Source: Monocercomonoides exilis PA203 (lineage: Eukaryota; Protista; Preaxostyla). Taken from it: DNA of 64,000 bases. Each line of letters begins with the position of its first letter. The stretch's first letter is position 1. The DNA lies in contig LSRY02000021.1 of the NCBI GenBank assembly GCA_001643675.2, positions 1,240,001 to 1,304,000 on the forward strand, given 5' to 3'. Positions 11,716 through 23,429 of this stretch are shown piece by piece. Both the position numbers and the translations under genes were made by a program. The notes below the pieces were generated by a model. The model saw nothing but the letters and a program-made list of their open reading frames with translations. It had not been told where the DNA came from and did no database searches.

Positions 11716-12620
11716 ATTTAAAATTTAACTCAAAGGACATTGAGTACATACATGAAAAGAACCAATGAATACATGTATTTTAATGAAGTTTATTTAAACG
11801 TTTTGACTCACCCTTCTTCTGTTTGCTATATTTTTCTTATCTATTGTTTGACATTTGTTAACTTTGACTTTCTAAATCATTCATATGTGTTATTTTATTT
11901 TGCGCTTTGCGCCATCCTTTCTTTCTCGTATTCTTCAAACACATGATGCAACTTTTAGTGTGTTTAATATATGGAACATTTGCGTGAAAATGAAAAATAT
12001 GCTCTTTCTTTTTTTTCCTTGTTTAACAAAGAAGCGATGTTGCTACCACTGAAAGATTTTGGATATAATTATTGAACTTTCTCTATCACTATCTGCTGTA
12101 TTGGCAGAAGAAAATAAAAACGTGTAACGAAAGTGCAGGTCATTGAGAAAAATACCAGGTTTAGCAAGGATGAAAAGAAATGTATAGGAAATACAAAGAT
12201 TTCATATTGAAAATAAATAAATAAAATATAAATAAGAGAAAAAGTGACTAAGCAAGAAACATAATGAAGTGTGCAAAATGTTAAAAAGTGAAAAATTCTC
12301 TTCAATTTGACGTTTCTCTTCATTAAATGCTTCGGACAAATACTATCCGAGACAATTGTGCTTTGTGTATTGAATGCAAAGGCAGTTGCAGATGAATGGC
12401 TAACGAAATGAGCCAGTCGGAGAAGAGAAAATTTGAAGAACAAGTCCATTATTAAATGGACATATTCAGTCGTTAATAAAAGAATAGGATGGAAAATGCG
12501 AGAGAACGAAGCAAAGAAATTTCGAGTTTCAATTTAAAAAATTTGCTTTTCTTAAAGAATAAACGAATCAATAAACATTCACTCTAAAGCATTTTCAGAA
12601 AGATAGAAGTCCTGCTTTTT

Positions 12621-15600
12621 TTATTGGCGACGATATGTTACATCATCAATTGCTTCTTCTTCTCTCACACTTTGAATCTTCGACATCTCTGGCTCGTTTT
12701 CTGCGGTCTCCTCCAACACTTTTTCTTCTCCTTTCTGTCTGGCATCTTCTTCTGCATGCTCCGCCTGTGAATCACATCTATCGTCCTCTTCTAATCGTTG
12801 CGAATTGCTCACATTCTCTTCAGTCTGTTCCGTTTCAATGCTTTCTTTCTCTTTCTTTTTCTCTCCTTCTCCACTTTCCACTATTTTCGGCTTCTGCTTT
12901 TGGCTAGTACGACCAGTTTTGCTTTTGTTATCTTCACTTTCTCCTTCTCCCACGCCTTGTGACGACTGAGTCCTTGAGCTTGCTTTCTCCTTGTGAGCAG
13001 AAGATGCACTGGAAGTCTGCCCTTTCCCACTGTAATAGGGACTTTCTCGCTCTTCCTTTTCTCTCTTTTCCTGCGCTCTGCTGCCCGAAGACTTGTTTGA
13101 AGCAGACGAGGCGGCTCGCTTAACCGTTCGCGGCTTCGAACTTTGAGATGACATCGATGTTGTTGAGCGTGCTGAGTTTAATTTTTCGTCTTTGGCTTTT
13201 GTTTTCGAGGAAGAAGAGGAAGCACCAGCAGCTGAATTTGACGTTGCAGATGTCTTTCTTTGCACTTTTCCAGATGAATTAGTCTTTCCAGTTTTTGAAG
13301 TCGAAGAAGAAGAAGAGCCAGAGCGAGTGGCTGTGTAATTCCCAGCCACACTTTTCGATCTCTCCTTCAGCTGAGGCCTTTCACCAGCCTCTGCAATGCT
13401 CTCGCCATATTCGTTCTCTTCCTCTGCATTCTGCTCAGCCCCCGAGCTGTAGCTCTCTCTTCGCTTCCTCCCCTTTTCTGATGCTGAGCGGGAAAGCGAA
13501 GTGGCTGGCCTCTTTCTCCCAATCGAGCCGTTGCTGCCTGTTGTCCTGCTCTTTTTGGTGTTGCCCATCGTCTCCAGAAGCGTCGGGTCGAGTTTGTTGG
13601 TCACTTTCATCTGGTACATCAGCCAGTTCATCCGCTCTTTTTCGACTTCCGCTTCCTTGGCAAACTGCCGACGCTCTTTCATTATTCGCTGCCTCTCATC
13701 CAGAAACTCCTTCGTCTTCCTCTCTTCCTCGAGGAGCTTCTGAAGATGCTGCTGCCGCAGGAATTCCTGCACACGTTGGCTTCTGCATTGTTTAAAAAAG
13801 GAAAATCGCAAAGAAAAAAAAAAATTAAATAAAAAAAAATGAATTCAAATAGGATAAAAAATGAAAAGAATAGAAAAGATAAAAGCAATTGTAAATTATA
13901 CAAAAAATGCAATAATATCATCAAATACAACAAATCAACCACCACACCGTTGAATCGCTTCCTGCTTGTCTTCTTCTTTCAGCTTCTCGTCCAGCATCTT
14001 TCTCATTCTCTCCAATCTCTTCTGCTCTTCTGCTTCGAGTCTTCTTTGCTCATGCTCATCCATCTCCTTCTGCCGCTGCTGCTTCTTCTGCTCTTCAATC
14101 TCATACATCTTTTTCAGTGTGTTGTCACGACGTCGCTTCGCTTCTTCCTCTTCTTCTCTGAATTAATAGTAAATGATCAAGGTTATAATGAATAAAACAT
14201 CCACAAACGAAAAAAAAAAAAAAAGAAATAATCAAAGGCAAATAAAATTTGAATAAAAGGGAGAAAAAAAATCACAAATATAAATATGTGAAACTGCAAT
14301 TCATTAAACATGACATCAACTCCACTAAAACACAAAATCACTCAGAAAAAAAAATTACCTCTTCCTTCGTTCTTCCTCCTCCTGTCTTTCCTTCAGTTCC
14401 CTCATCCTCTCATCAGCCTCTTTCTGCTTCTGGATTGCCATCCGCCTCCTCTCCTCGTTCATCTCCTGCATCCTTCTAAACGCCTCTTCCAGCTCTCTCT
14501 GTTTTCGCTCGGCTCTTCGCTCGGCTTCGCGTTTTTCTTCTTCTCTCCGGCGTCGCAGCGCCTCCATTTGCTCTTCTGCTTTCTGAATCTGCTCTTTCTG
14601 CTTGCGCTGTTTTTCTCGCGCTATCTCCTCCTTAAAAAAAAAAAATGCAAAATAGAGAAAATATAAGAAAATTAATACGCAAAGAAAAGTATTATTAAAA
14701 AATGTGCACAAAGAAATTTTTTTTTTACTGTGAAACACAAAAGTAAATCACTAAAAAATATCATAAAAATAGTTCTTCTTTTCATTTCAATTAAAATTCC
14801 TCACAAGACATTTTTGAAACGAGCATCATACCTCCTTTAGCTTTGCTCTTTCCACTCTCTCCCTCTGTTGCCTTCTCATTTCTTCAACTTCTGCTTGTCG
14901 GCGCTGAATAAAAAATAAATGTCAATATTCAAAAATCAAAAAGGTAAAAATGAAATATCATTAAATTATTGAACGAATAGACAATTAAATCACAAAAAAT
15001 CATTCAAATAAAACAAACTTCTTCTTGCTCCTTTAATTTTCTCTGCCTCTCTTGTTCTTTTTCTTCCTTTTCTTGAAGTTGGCGTTTAAGTTCAAGTTCT
15101 TTCTGCTTTTGGCCTTCCTCTACTCGCTCAAGTCCTCGATACTGAATAATCATTAAAGAGATTTGTTTTAAAAATTACGGGGAAAAAATGTGCAAATATT
15201 AAGCATAAGGAAAAAATATGTCATAGAATATTTTAAAAATGTTAGATTAAATTTATACAACGTTCATTTTTTCATTGAATATGTCAATTTAATAAGAAAT
15301 TTAATAATTAAAAAAATAAAAAAAGAAAAATTCTTTTATAAATGAAAAGCAACGCAATCATACGAAGCGTTCAAGCTGCTTTTGAGTCTGTTCTTTGCGA
15401 TATCTTCTCAATTCTTCCTGTTAGAGAAAAAAAGAAGCATGTGAAAATATATCGAATGAAATTAATGTTAGATTTCAAAGAACAAAGTAATAACAAAAAT
15501 AAGAAACATAATTGCATTCAAAAAATTTATTATTAATATATTCACATGTCACATGAACCACACCTCGCGTTGTCTTTCTCTTTCTTTTTGTTCTTCGTCT

Positions 15601-16525
15601 TCCTTCCTTTTTCTCTCGGCCTCTGCTTTCAATCTCTTTTTCTCTTTTCGCTCTTCTTCAAGTCTTTGCTTTTCAAGTCGATTCTAGGAATTAAAATAAA
15701 AGTGTATAAAAGGAATGTCATTGAATCATAAATGTTTTTGGAAATGCTTCTTTTTGCAAACAGCTTCTTCTAATGCTTTCTTTCTTTCTTTCATTGCAAT
15801 TATTCGTTGTCTTTCTGCTTCCTTCTTCGCTTCTTCTGCCTTTCTCTGTTCTTCTGCTTCCTTTTCTGTGTATTGTTTGTTTTGTTCAATCAATTTTTGC
15901 ATCTCAAATTCCCTTCTTTGTCTGGCCTTCTCCAAGCGTTGTTCTGGAAAGGGTCGTTTTCAATTTTATAAAAGAAGAATGAACAAACAATAAAAAAATT
16001 AAAACAATCATATAAAAACAAACTTTCAAGTTCAAGTTGCTTATCACTTCGGCCAGTATTTTGAACTGTTGTTGATCTTGATTGTTCTTCATCAATTATC
16101 ATTTGTCTAACTTCGCGCAAGAGCTCGAGCTTTCCTGTTAAATATCATTACATTTAACGTTTAAATTTGTTACTATTTGTAAAAATATTATAACCTTTTC
16201 TTCGTGACTCATAATGCTTGTATTTCTTTTCTGCGAATTCTCGGACTCCAGATCCATCATCAAAACTTTCCACTGGCTTATACACAAGTTCATTTGCTGT
16301 TATTCCTTCTCTACTCACTTTTATTCCAAGTTCATGATTAATATTTAATAAATAAATATATTTATATAAAACAATATATAACTCATTATAACAAATTCAT
16401 TAGTGATTAATACTTGCAAGAACGGATCGTGGAGAAAAAAGAACTCCAGAAGCTCGTTCATCGAAATTGTCCAAATTGCAGAGGGTCTGGGATTTTGAAC
16501 TGCGTCTGGTTTTTGATAACGACAT
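12621..16525 (-). CDS. Multi-exon E/K/R-rich coiled-coil protein, possibly flagellar or cytoskeletal
   Basis: Spliced N-terminus MSLSKTRR...LDNFDE...SPRSVLAMSREGITANELVYKPVESF...KYKHYESRR; many short GT-AG introns link the coiled-coil exons to the terminal exon at 12621-13790. Confidence 0.75.
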
Positions 16526-16724
16526 TTAATAAAGGGTGAATATAAACCACACTCAATTCGAGAATTCTTTTGTAAATAAAGTATGAAAACTACGAAACAT
16601 CTTTTCAACAAATATTGTATCGTTATCGTTTTGAGAGATCATGTTTACCATCAAGTATTTTAGAAACGCAAATTTTTTATTTGAAAATTTTCTTGTATTT
16701 CAAAAAGAAAAAATTATCCATTTC

Positions 16725-19700
16725 ATGAGATATCGCATCAACATGTGGATTTTTGTCGTTATGGCACTATTAGAAAATTGCTTTTGTTTCCCAATAGAAC
16801 TTAACGGAGAAACATTTGATAAGACCATAAACAAAGGAAATTGGCTGTTTGCTTTATATTTTTGAATTTTATTTATTTATTTAATGCTCTGAAACCATCA
16901 ATTGATAACATAATGTATTTTTTAGTATTGTTTGACTAATATTTTAAAAAATTATTTTTTTATTTATCATCGTAATTTTAAATTTTTAAAAAAGAATTTT
17001 TACTCATTAAGGTATGACTTTGCTTTTCTATTTTTGTGGTTTCTGAAATATGTTTTGAAGTTGTAAACAATGCATGAAAATGGAAAAAGAGTGGTATATT
17101 GCTTCGCAAAATCTTCCAAATGGAGTGAAATTTGGAAATGTGGACTGTGACAAAGAGGGAATGCTAAAACGAACATGGAATATAAATGCTTTTCCAACTC
17201 TTCTATTTTTTCGCAATGGTATCGCCTTTTTGAGTATTTGTTTAACTTTTAGAAAATATTGAATCATAATAGGAAAGCCTATTCGTGAGTACACAGGTGA
17301 ACGTTCTGCTTCAGGATTTGTACAATTTGCAGAAAAAATGGCAGCATCAACTGTGATTAGCATACCGCTTACTGAAGCCTTGGATCTTCTCTCTTCTTCT
17401 TCAATAAGCGGTCCTTTAGGAATCGATTCTCCTTACTCAAATTTTTTCCTATTTTGCAGGCGCGAAAAATCTGAAAACTCGTTACGAAACAGCAAACGGA
17501 ATGATGATTTTGAATCACTTTCAGATCTCCCTCTTATTTCTTCTGAAAAAATTCCATCATTTCTAGTTGAGCGAACATTTTCTTTGATTGCCAAGCTTCA
17601 CAGATCTCTTCCTTCTCGATTTGTGATTGTTGACATGGCAGAATACGATACATTGAAGGAAAATCTAACAGACATGAAAATAAAAGTTGGTAGAACAACT
17701 GATGAAAATGGAGCCAAATCCAATCCAAAATCAACACAGATTAACAGAATCTCACTGAAATCACAAATTAAAGCTACTTTTTCACAGATCCTTTCGGAAA
17801 GAGGAAGATTCTGCCTGTCTTACAACAGTCCACTGATCAATCAGATGCTGAAAGGGAAGTACAGCCCATTCAAATCCATGAGCCTAGCAGATTCAGAAGA
17901 TGCCGAAGACAATTCAAAATTTCACACAGACAAAATGCTGGAAGCATTTCTCAGCGACTCATCGCCGTCGTCTTTTCTGCTTCTGTCTTCTGCGATGGGG
18001 GGCGAGTTCGTGTCTGTCTTTCCGTTTGTGCACACAAAGGATACCACCCCTGCTTCGTTGACTCAATCTTCTTTATTGCCTTCTCAATCAAAGCGCTCAA
18101 TCGTATCTCCTGACTCATTCTTGACTTATTCTTCATTGTCAGCATATGCTTCCTCTTCATCGGCCCCAACTTCTTCGAATCCAAATTCCTCATCACAACC
18201 CACATCATCTACATCATCTGCACAGCCTTCATTTCAATCTGATTCTTCTTCTGAACAATCTCAGCAACTTCCACATCATTCATCTAATTCAAGCGCCATT
18301 CGTCTTTCTTCTGGTATAAGGGCTTCTCTTTTGTTTGCTCCTCCTTTCACCAAGCGGCCGTTGAAGAAGCCCAATACAAAGGACATTTTGCCCTCAAATG
18401 CGCCTCCTCTGCCCTTCTCTCCAACTGCACTGAAGCAAATTCGACCTCTTTCCACTTCAAAAACACCCCGCGATCCAACAACAACCGCAGCGCACCCGCT
18501 TTTTTACCCTCATTTCACTCCTTCAAAGATGGATTTCTTTGAAAAGAGCTTCAAAAAGAGCACTTCTGCCTCTTTTGTATCTGCATTGTCTCTTTTTGTG
18601 TTCAGTTCGCTGTATCCACCAGCCGCTGAGCATACGCCGTCTGTGGGTGATTGGGTGGAGATGCGGAACATTCATCATGTGTTGCTTGTTCAGCCGACAG
18701 AAGCAGAGCACCTTTATTATGAGCGGGCAGAAGAGGCGAAAAGGAATGCGAGGGAAAGCGATGATAGAAGTTTGAGTGCTGAGATGGCAAACAAGACGAA
18801 AGAGGAGTTTCGATTGAGGGCGTTGGCATTTCGTCGGATGGCTGTTGATTTTTCATGCCCTTTGATTAACAGCCCTTCATCTGCTTCTCATCTTTTCTTC
18901 GCTCAGATTCCTGGCTATTCACTTCAAGAGGCCGAATATGCGCAGCAACCGCTGCGATTGTTCGGTGAGAAGCTAAAAAAAGTTGACTCAAATGTTGATG
19001 ACTCAGATGTTAATGTGTCATCAAAAGCAATCAATAATATTGAACAAAATGAGCAAACATATTCTTCTTCTCCTCCTTCACGTTCTTTAGAGATATCTTC
19101 TGCTTATTCTTCATCTCAGCATAAAGATAACAAAAGAAAAGCGCAATTTAATGAATCAACTAGTTTCCATTTCAATTATCCACCGTTTTTGCTTGCTTCT
19201 TCGTATTTCTTTTCAATTTTGAATTCATCAAAATACTCTTCATTCGATACATTTTATAAGCTTCCCTCTCAAAAACCCAATGTTAACGGTATGTTGAAAT
19301 TTTTTTCGAAAAATGAAAAGATTTTTGGAAAGTCATTTTTTGTTTTTTTGTATTTTATTATCTTTTATATATTTTTGATATTTTTGATGAATGAGAGAAT
19401 TATTGAAAAAATACATTCATTTTTTTAATCCTTCATAACCCTTTAGATCCCTCAGCTGATCCATTGATTCTTGTCGTTAACACAACAAGTGGAATGGTGT
19501 GGATGGCTGACACAAACGATACATCACGCTGGCTTGGAAGCTTGGAAAGAGAAAAAGATATCAAACAGAAACAGAGTGAATCTGAGGCTTCTGAAAAAGA
19601 GAAGGATATTACAAGCGCTATACACAAAGAAGAGCTTAACAGTCAAGAATCAATAGAGGAATTAATAATGGCACACACTTTAAGAAGAGAGAGTGAATGG

Positions 19701-21236
19701 GAAAAAAGAGGATGCGGTTGGATTTCTGGTTATCGAAGGATGAAAACAGAGGAAGATCTGAAAGATTGTTTGGAAGAGACAAGGAACAGTTCCATCAATT
19801 TTAACTCTTCTCAATTGCATTTTAACACAACCTCAAGTGAAAAAGGATTGACTTCACATGTTTCAGATACTTTCTCATCAACTGTTCCTTTGTCATTCCT
19901 TAGCTATCTATCTCGTATTCAGGACAAGCAGCTGCTGGCTTCTTCGTCTCTTTCAGCTCCTTCCGCATCGCTCTCAAGCCTCTTTGTCTATCTTCGTACA
20001 CATGATGCCTTTGCGATCAGTCTCACTTTGATTGTAGTTGCAATTATTGTCGGAGTTTCCTGCATTTGCGTCTTTCGGACAGAGGTGCCTGGGCAAGAGG
20101 AGCATCTGCTTGCTGTTCTGTCGATGCTGAATGAGGAGTCCAGGAAGAGGCAGAGCGAAAGAGAAGGAGCGGAACCAGCACAGCAGCAAAGGCATCATCA
20201 TGAACATATGCACCAAGACATAGATAGTCGCAAGAAGAAGCGTGTTTCGCAGGACATGGATGGGATTGCTAATCCGGATAGTTGCGATGAAGAGGTGTGC
20301 AATTCCAGTGAAAGTGAACACGAAAGCCGTTGGAAGTATAACAACAAGAAAAACTTAGAAGCTCGCAACGGAAAGAGATCAACAAAAACGCAAAAAGGCA
20401 GCGATGAAGACATCAAATGGGGTGAAGAGAAGAAGCAATGGATCGAAGATTTTATGCAAGAGATAAACAACACAAAAGAATTGTTGAAAAAAAGTTCCTC
20501 CTCTTCATCTTCATCTTCATCTTCATCTTCATCTTCATCTTCATCTTCATCTTCAACTTCTACTTCATCTTCATCTTTGTTTTCTTCGACTGCTTCATCT
20601 AATACGGATTCAGAAGACGAAAAAGCACAAAAAGAAGCAGAAAAGCTTGTGGAACGACTCGTTGCAAAGGGAAAGGCAATGAAGTTGAAAAAAGAGCTTG
20701 AAAAAAGAAAAAGAAACAGAGAAAAAAGGTTGGAAAAGCAAAACTTGGAGGCAAAGAGAAAAAATGAGAGAGAAGCAAAAGAAGCTATTGACAAAAAGAA
20801 AATGGAGGAATACGAAATACATTCTTTCATCCAAAAAGAAAAAGATTTGTTTGAAGAAAAAGAAGAAAAAAGTTTTAAACAAACAACAAATAAAGCAGAT
20901 CAAATGAAAGAGAAAGAAAAAGTTTCAAAACATCATTTGACTTCTGGGAATTCACGAAAGCAAAATTTTATTCCTGCAAAAAAACTTGGAAAAAATAAGA
21001 ATAGCATAAGTAGTATTTATGCGAATGACATTGAGGATGAAAACGCTGCAGAAGAAGAAAGGGAAGAATTATTCCACGATTTTGATGAGATAAAAGATGG
21101 GAAAAAATTTAAAGAGAATGAGAAAAGAAGTATTTTAAAGCGTAAAGCCACAATTGTAGAAATTAGCGATGCAGAAGCTGAAGAGATGGAAAGAACAGCA
21201 TCTAACATATTTCAAGACAAAAAGAAGAAAAGCTGA
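16725..21236 (+). CDS. Type I membrane thioredoxin/PDI-family protein (TMX3-like) with large low-complexity insertions
   Basis: Signal peptide; spliced Trx domain IELNGETFD...WLINFYSLSCKQC...FGNVDCD...INAFPTLLFFRNGKPIREYTGERS; TM helix AFAISLTLIVVAIIVGVSCICVF; C-terminal KKKKS fits the KKXX motif. Confidence 0.8.
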
Positions 21237-21619
21237 GATTAATTAAGTGATAATGCAATGAAGATTTAACAGTTTTATTTAAGCATTTTGCTTCGCTTTT
21301 TTTCATTTGTCTAATTACAAAAAATAAAGCAATGTTAAGCGTAGTTTTTAGTTGCTTTGTTTTTTGCTGTGTATTTTTTTTATTTAAATTGGGCCAGATG
21401 TTCGTGGAACGTATTTATAAGCTCAATGGATTAAGATTTAATCTCATCATAACTTAGAATTAATCATTGGATTAAAACTTTTGGTGAATGGACTAAAGTC
21501 AGAGACAAGCTTATTAGAGTGAAAAACAAAACGGAAAACGAAGTTATCCTTTGACTGAAATAATGATTGTCAGTCCAGACAAAGAAGAGAAAATGAATGA
21601 ATGGGTTCAACATTCATTT

Positions 21620-21795
21620 GGGACGATATTTTTTGCTTTATGAATTTTGTTCCATTCTGAATATCGAACCTATTTCTCGTTTTTTAATTTTTCTGTATTT
21701 TTTTGACATGGAAATGAAAGACTTATAATGATAAAATTGGAGAAAAAGTTTGGAACAAATCGTTGTTTTTTTCATAAAAGCAAGAATTTAGTCCC
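21620..21795 (-). mobile_element. 176-bp MITE of the GGGAC-terminal family, ATTT TSD
   Basis: ATTT-GGGAC...GTCCC-ATTT; interior matches the reverse complement of 62165-62342. Confidence 0.85.
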
Positions 21796-22243
21796 ATTTC
21801 AAATCATAAAAAATTCGACAAGAGCTCAGTGTTTATACTTCATTTAAATTATATATTTTTGAAATACTTACCATTTTCGTTCGATTAAAAAAGAGATAAA
21901 AACGAAGCATTTTATTGCAGTCAATTCAATCACAGTTAATTCACGCGATAGATATAAAATGGACAAACTAAAATCAAAAATTAAATTTGAAAAAAGGAAT
22001 AACAAAAAAAAAAAAGCAAAAATAAAAACAAAAAAAAAAAAAAAAAAAAAGAATTAAAATTTTAACATTCTCTACAAAACTCATTTATAAGTTAAAAAAT
22101 AAAAAAATAATAAAAAAGGATTAATAACCAACAACTCGTTTGCAAATAAAGCCAATCAAATTAGGTTTAGTTCAAATACAAAAAGAAAAAAAGCTTCTGA
22201 AGCAGCAATCAAAAGAAAAGCAATCAAGCAACGAAAGATAGCT

Positions 22244-23428
22244 TTAAGACAATGAATACTCTTCTTCCTTTTCATCAACAAAGCTTGTATTTGCTGAATT
22301 CGAATGAAACGAGGAATTATCGCTCTTCAGCAAAAGAAGTTCCCTGTCTGATTCCACTTCTTTGGCATTCCCAGAACACTCTGGAATGATCATTGCTTGG
22401 ATGCCTTCAAGGCGCCTCCGCTCTTCTTCTTCTTCTTCGCTGAGTACAACTTCCTTGCTGTCTTTCATTTTCTCTTCCATTTCGTCAATCTTCCACTCGA
22501 TTTCCAGCTCGCTTTTGCTCAAAAGCCATCGCCATATCATCTGCCTCCTCCAGTTAACAACCCTTTTTTCAACGCATGGCCTCATCACTTTCTTCAATTC
22601 TCCATCAAACGCTTGGTTTGAAAGTGATCTTACCACACCTAATGACTTCATATAACTGTTTGCCAAGCACAGTAACACGCTGCTTGAAAATATAATCGCT
22701 AAAATTATCACTTGCACAATAATCAAAACGGCAATAAACGTTTGGCTCATTCTTGATCCCGCAAACAAAGCAATAACCATATTGCATAAAGAGAAGACAA
22801 CTAAAATAAATATCAAAATACCAAAACAGTTATTACTGAGATGAAATTTGGCTTGGCATTTAGCTTTGTTGAATTCTCTTTGCGAAATGCGCTTGAATTC
22901 GGCAATGACTGCTTTCTGATCTTCTCCGAGCGATCGATCACTCAGGTACATGTCCGTGCGAATTGCTTTTTTTGCTAAGTTCAACTGTGTTTGTGTTGAT
23001 TTATTCCACTTTTCATTTGATCGAAGGCACGTCAAATATCTCTCATAACCAAACATAAGGCTTGTGTAAAGATTTCTTGAAGGGACTCCATTTTTATCCA
23101 GAATCGGTGCGACATAGCTTGCTTCCCAAATATGACCAATAACAGCTTTCTGAGCATCTTTCGTTTCGCCGAAAGGCAGTTGCTTGTTTTGAAGATAGCA
23201 CTCCGAGGAGCCAGAACATTCGTTTACGGCATTCCAAAACAAAGCGTTCTGGCCAACGGGAAGGGAATGTGCAAATTCTTCCAATGAATCAGATGAAGGA
23301 AAAGAACCGCCATTGTTCTCGAAAAGCTTCATGCATTTTTGTTTCTGCTTTTCCGGTAAAGTTTCAGCAAATTTCATAATTGGCAGAAATCGCTGGCTTT
23401 CATCCTGCAGAAGCGTGCTGTTATTCAT
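22244..23428 (-). CDS. Hypothetical 394-aa protein with two predicted TM helices
   Basis: Long ATG-initiated ORF with two hydrophobic stretches and no recognised domain. Confidence 0.65.
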   Translation of the reverse strand: MNNSTLLQDESQRFLPIMKFAETLPEKQKQKCMKLFENNGGSFPSSDSLEEFAHSLPVGQNALFWNAVNECSGSSECYLQNKQLPFGETKDAQKAVIGHIWEASYVAPILDKNGVPSRNLYTSLMFGYERYLTCLRSNEKWNKSTQTQLNLAKKAIRTDMYLSDRSLGEDQKAVIAEFKRISQREFNKAKCQAKFHLSNNCFGILIFILVVFSLCNMVIALFAGSRMSQTFIAVLIIVQVIILAIIFSSSVLLCLANSYMKSLGVVRSLSNQAFDGELKKVMRPCVEKRVVNWRRQMIWRWLLSKSELEIEWKIDEMEEKMKDSKEVVLSEEEEEERRRLEGIQAMIIPECSGNAKEVESDRELLLLKSDNSSFHSNSANTSFVDEKEEEYSLS

Positions 23429-23429
23429 G

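Noticed and set aside
21600-21820. 176-bp MITE possibly inserted in a degenerate GGGTGATT-type TIR
   Set aside because: The rejoined flank matches only GGGT and AAATCATAAAAAATT with the wrong spacing, which is too weak.
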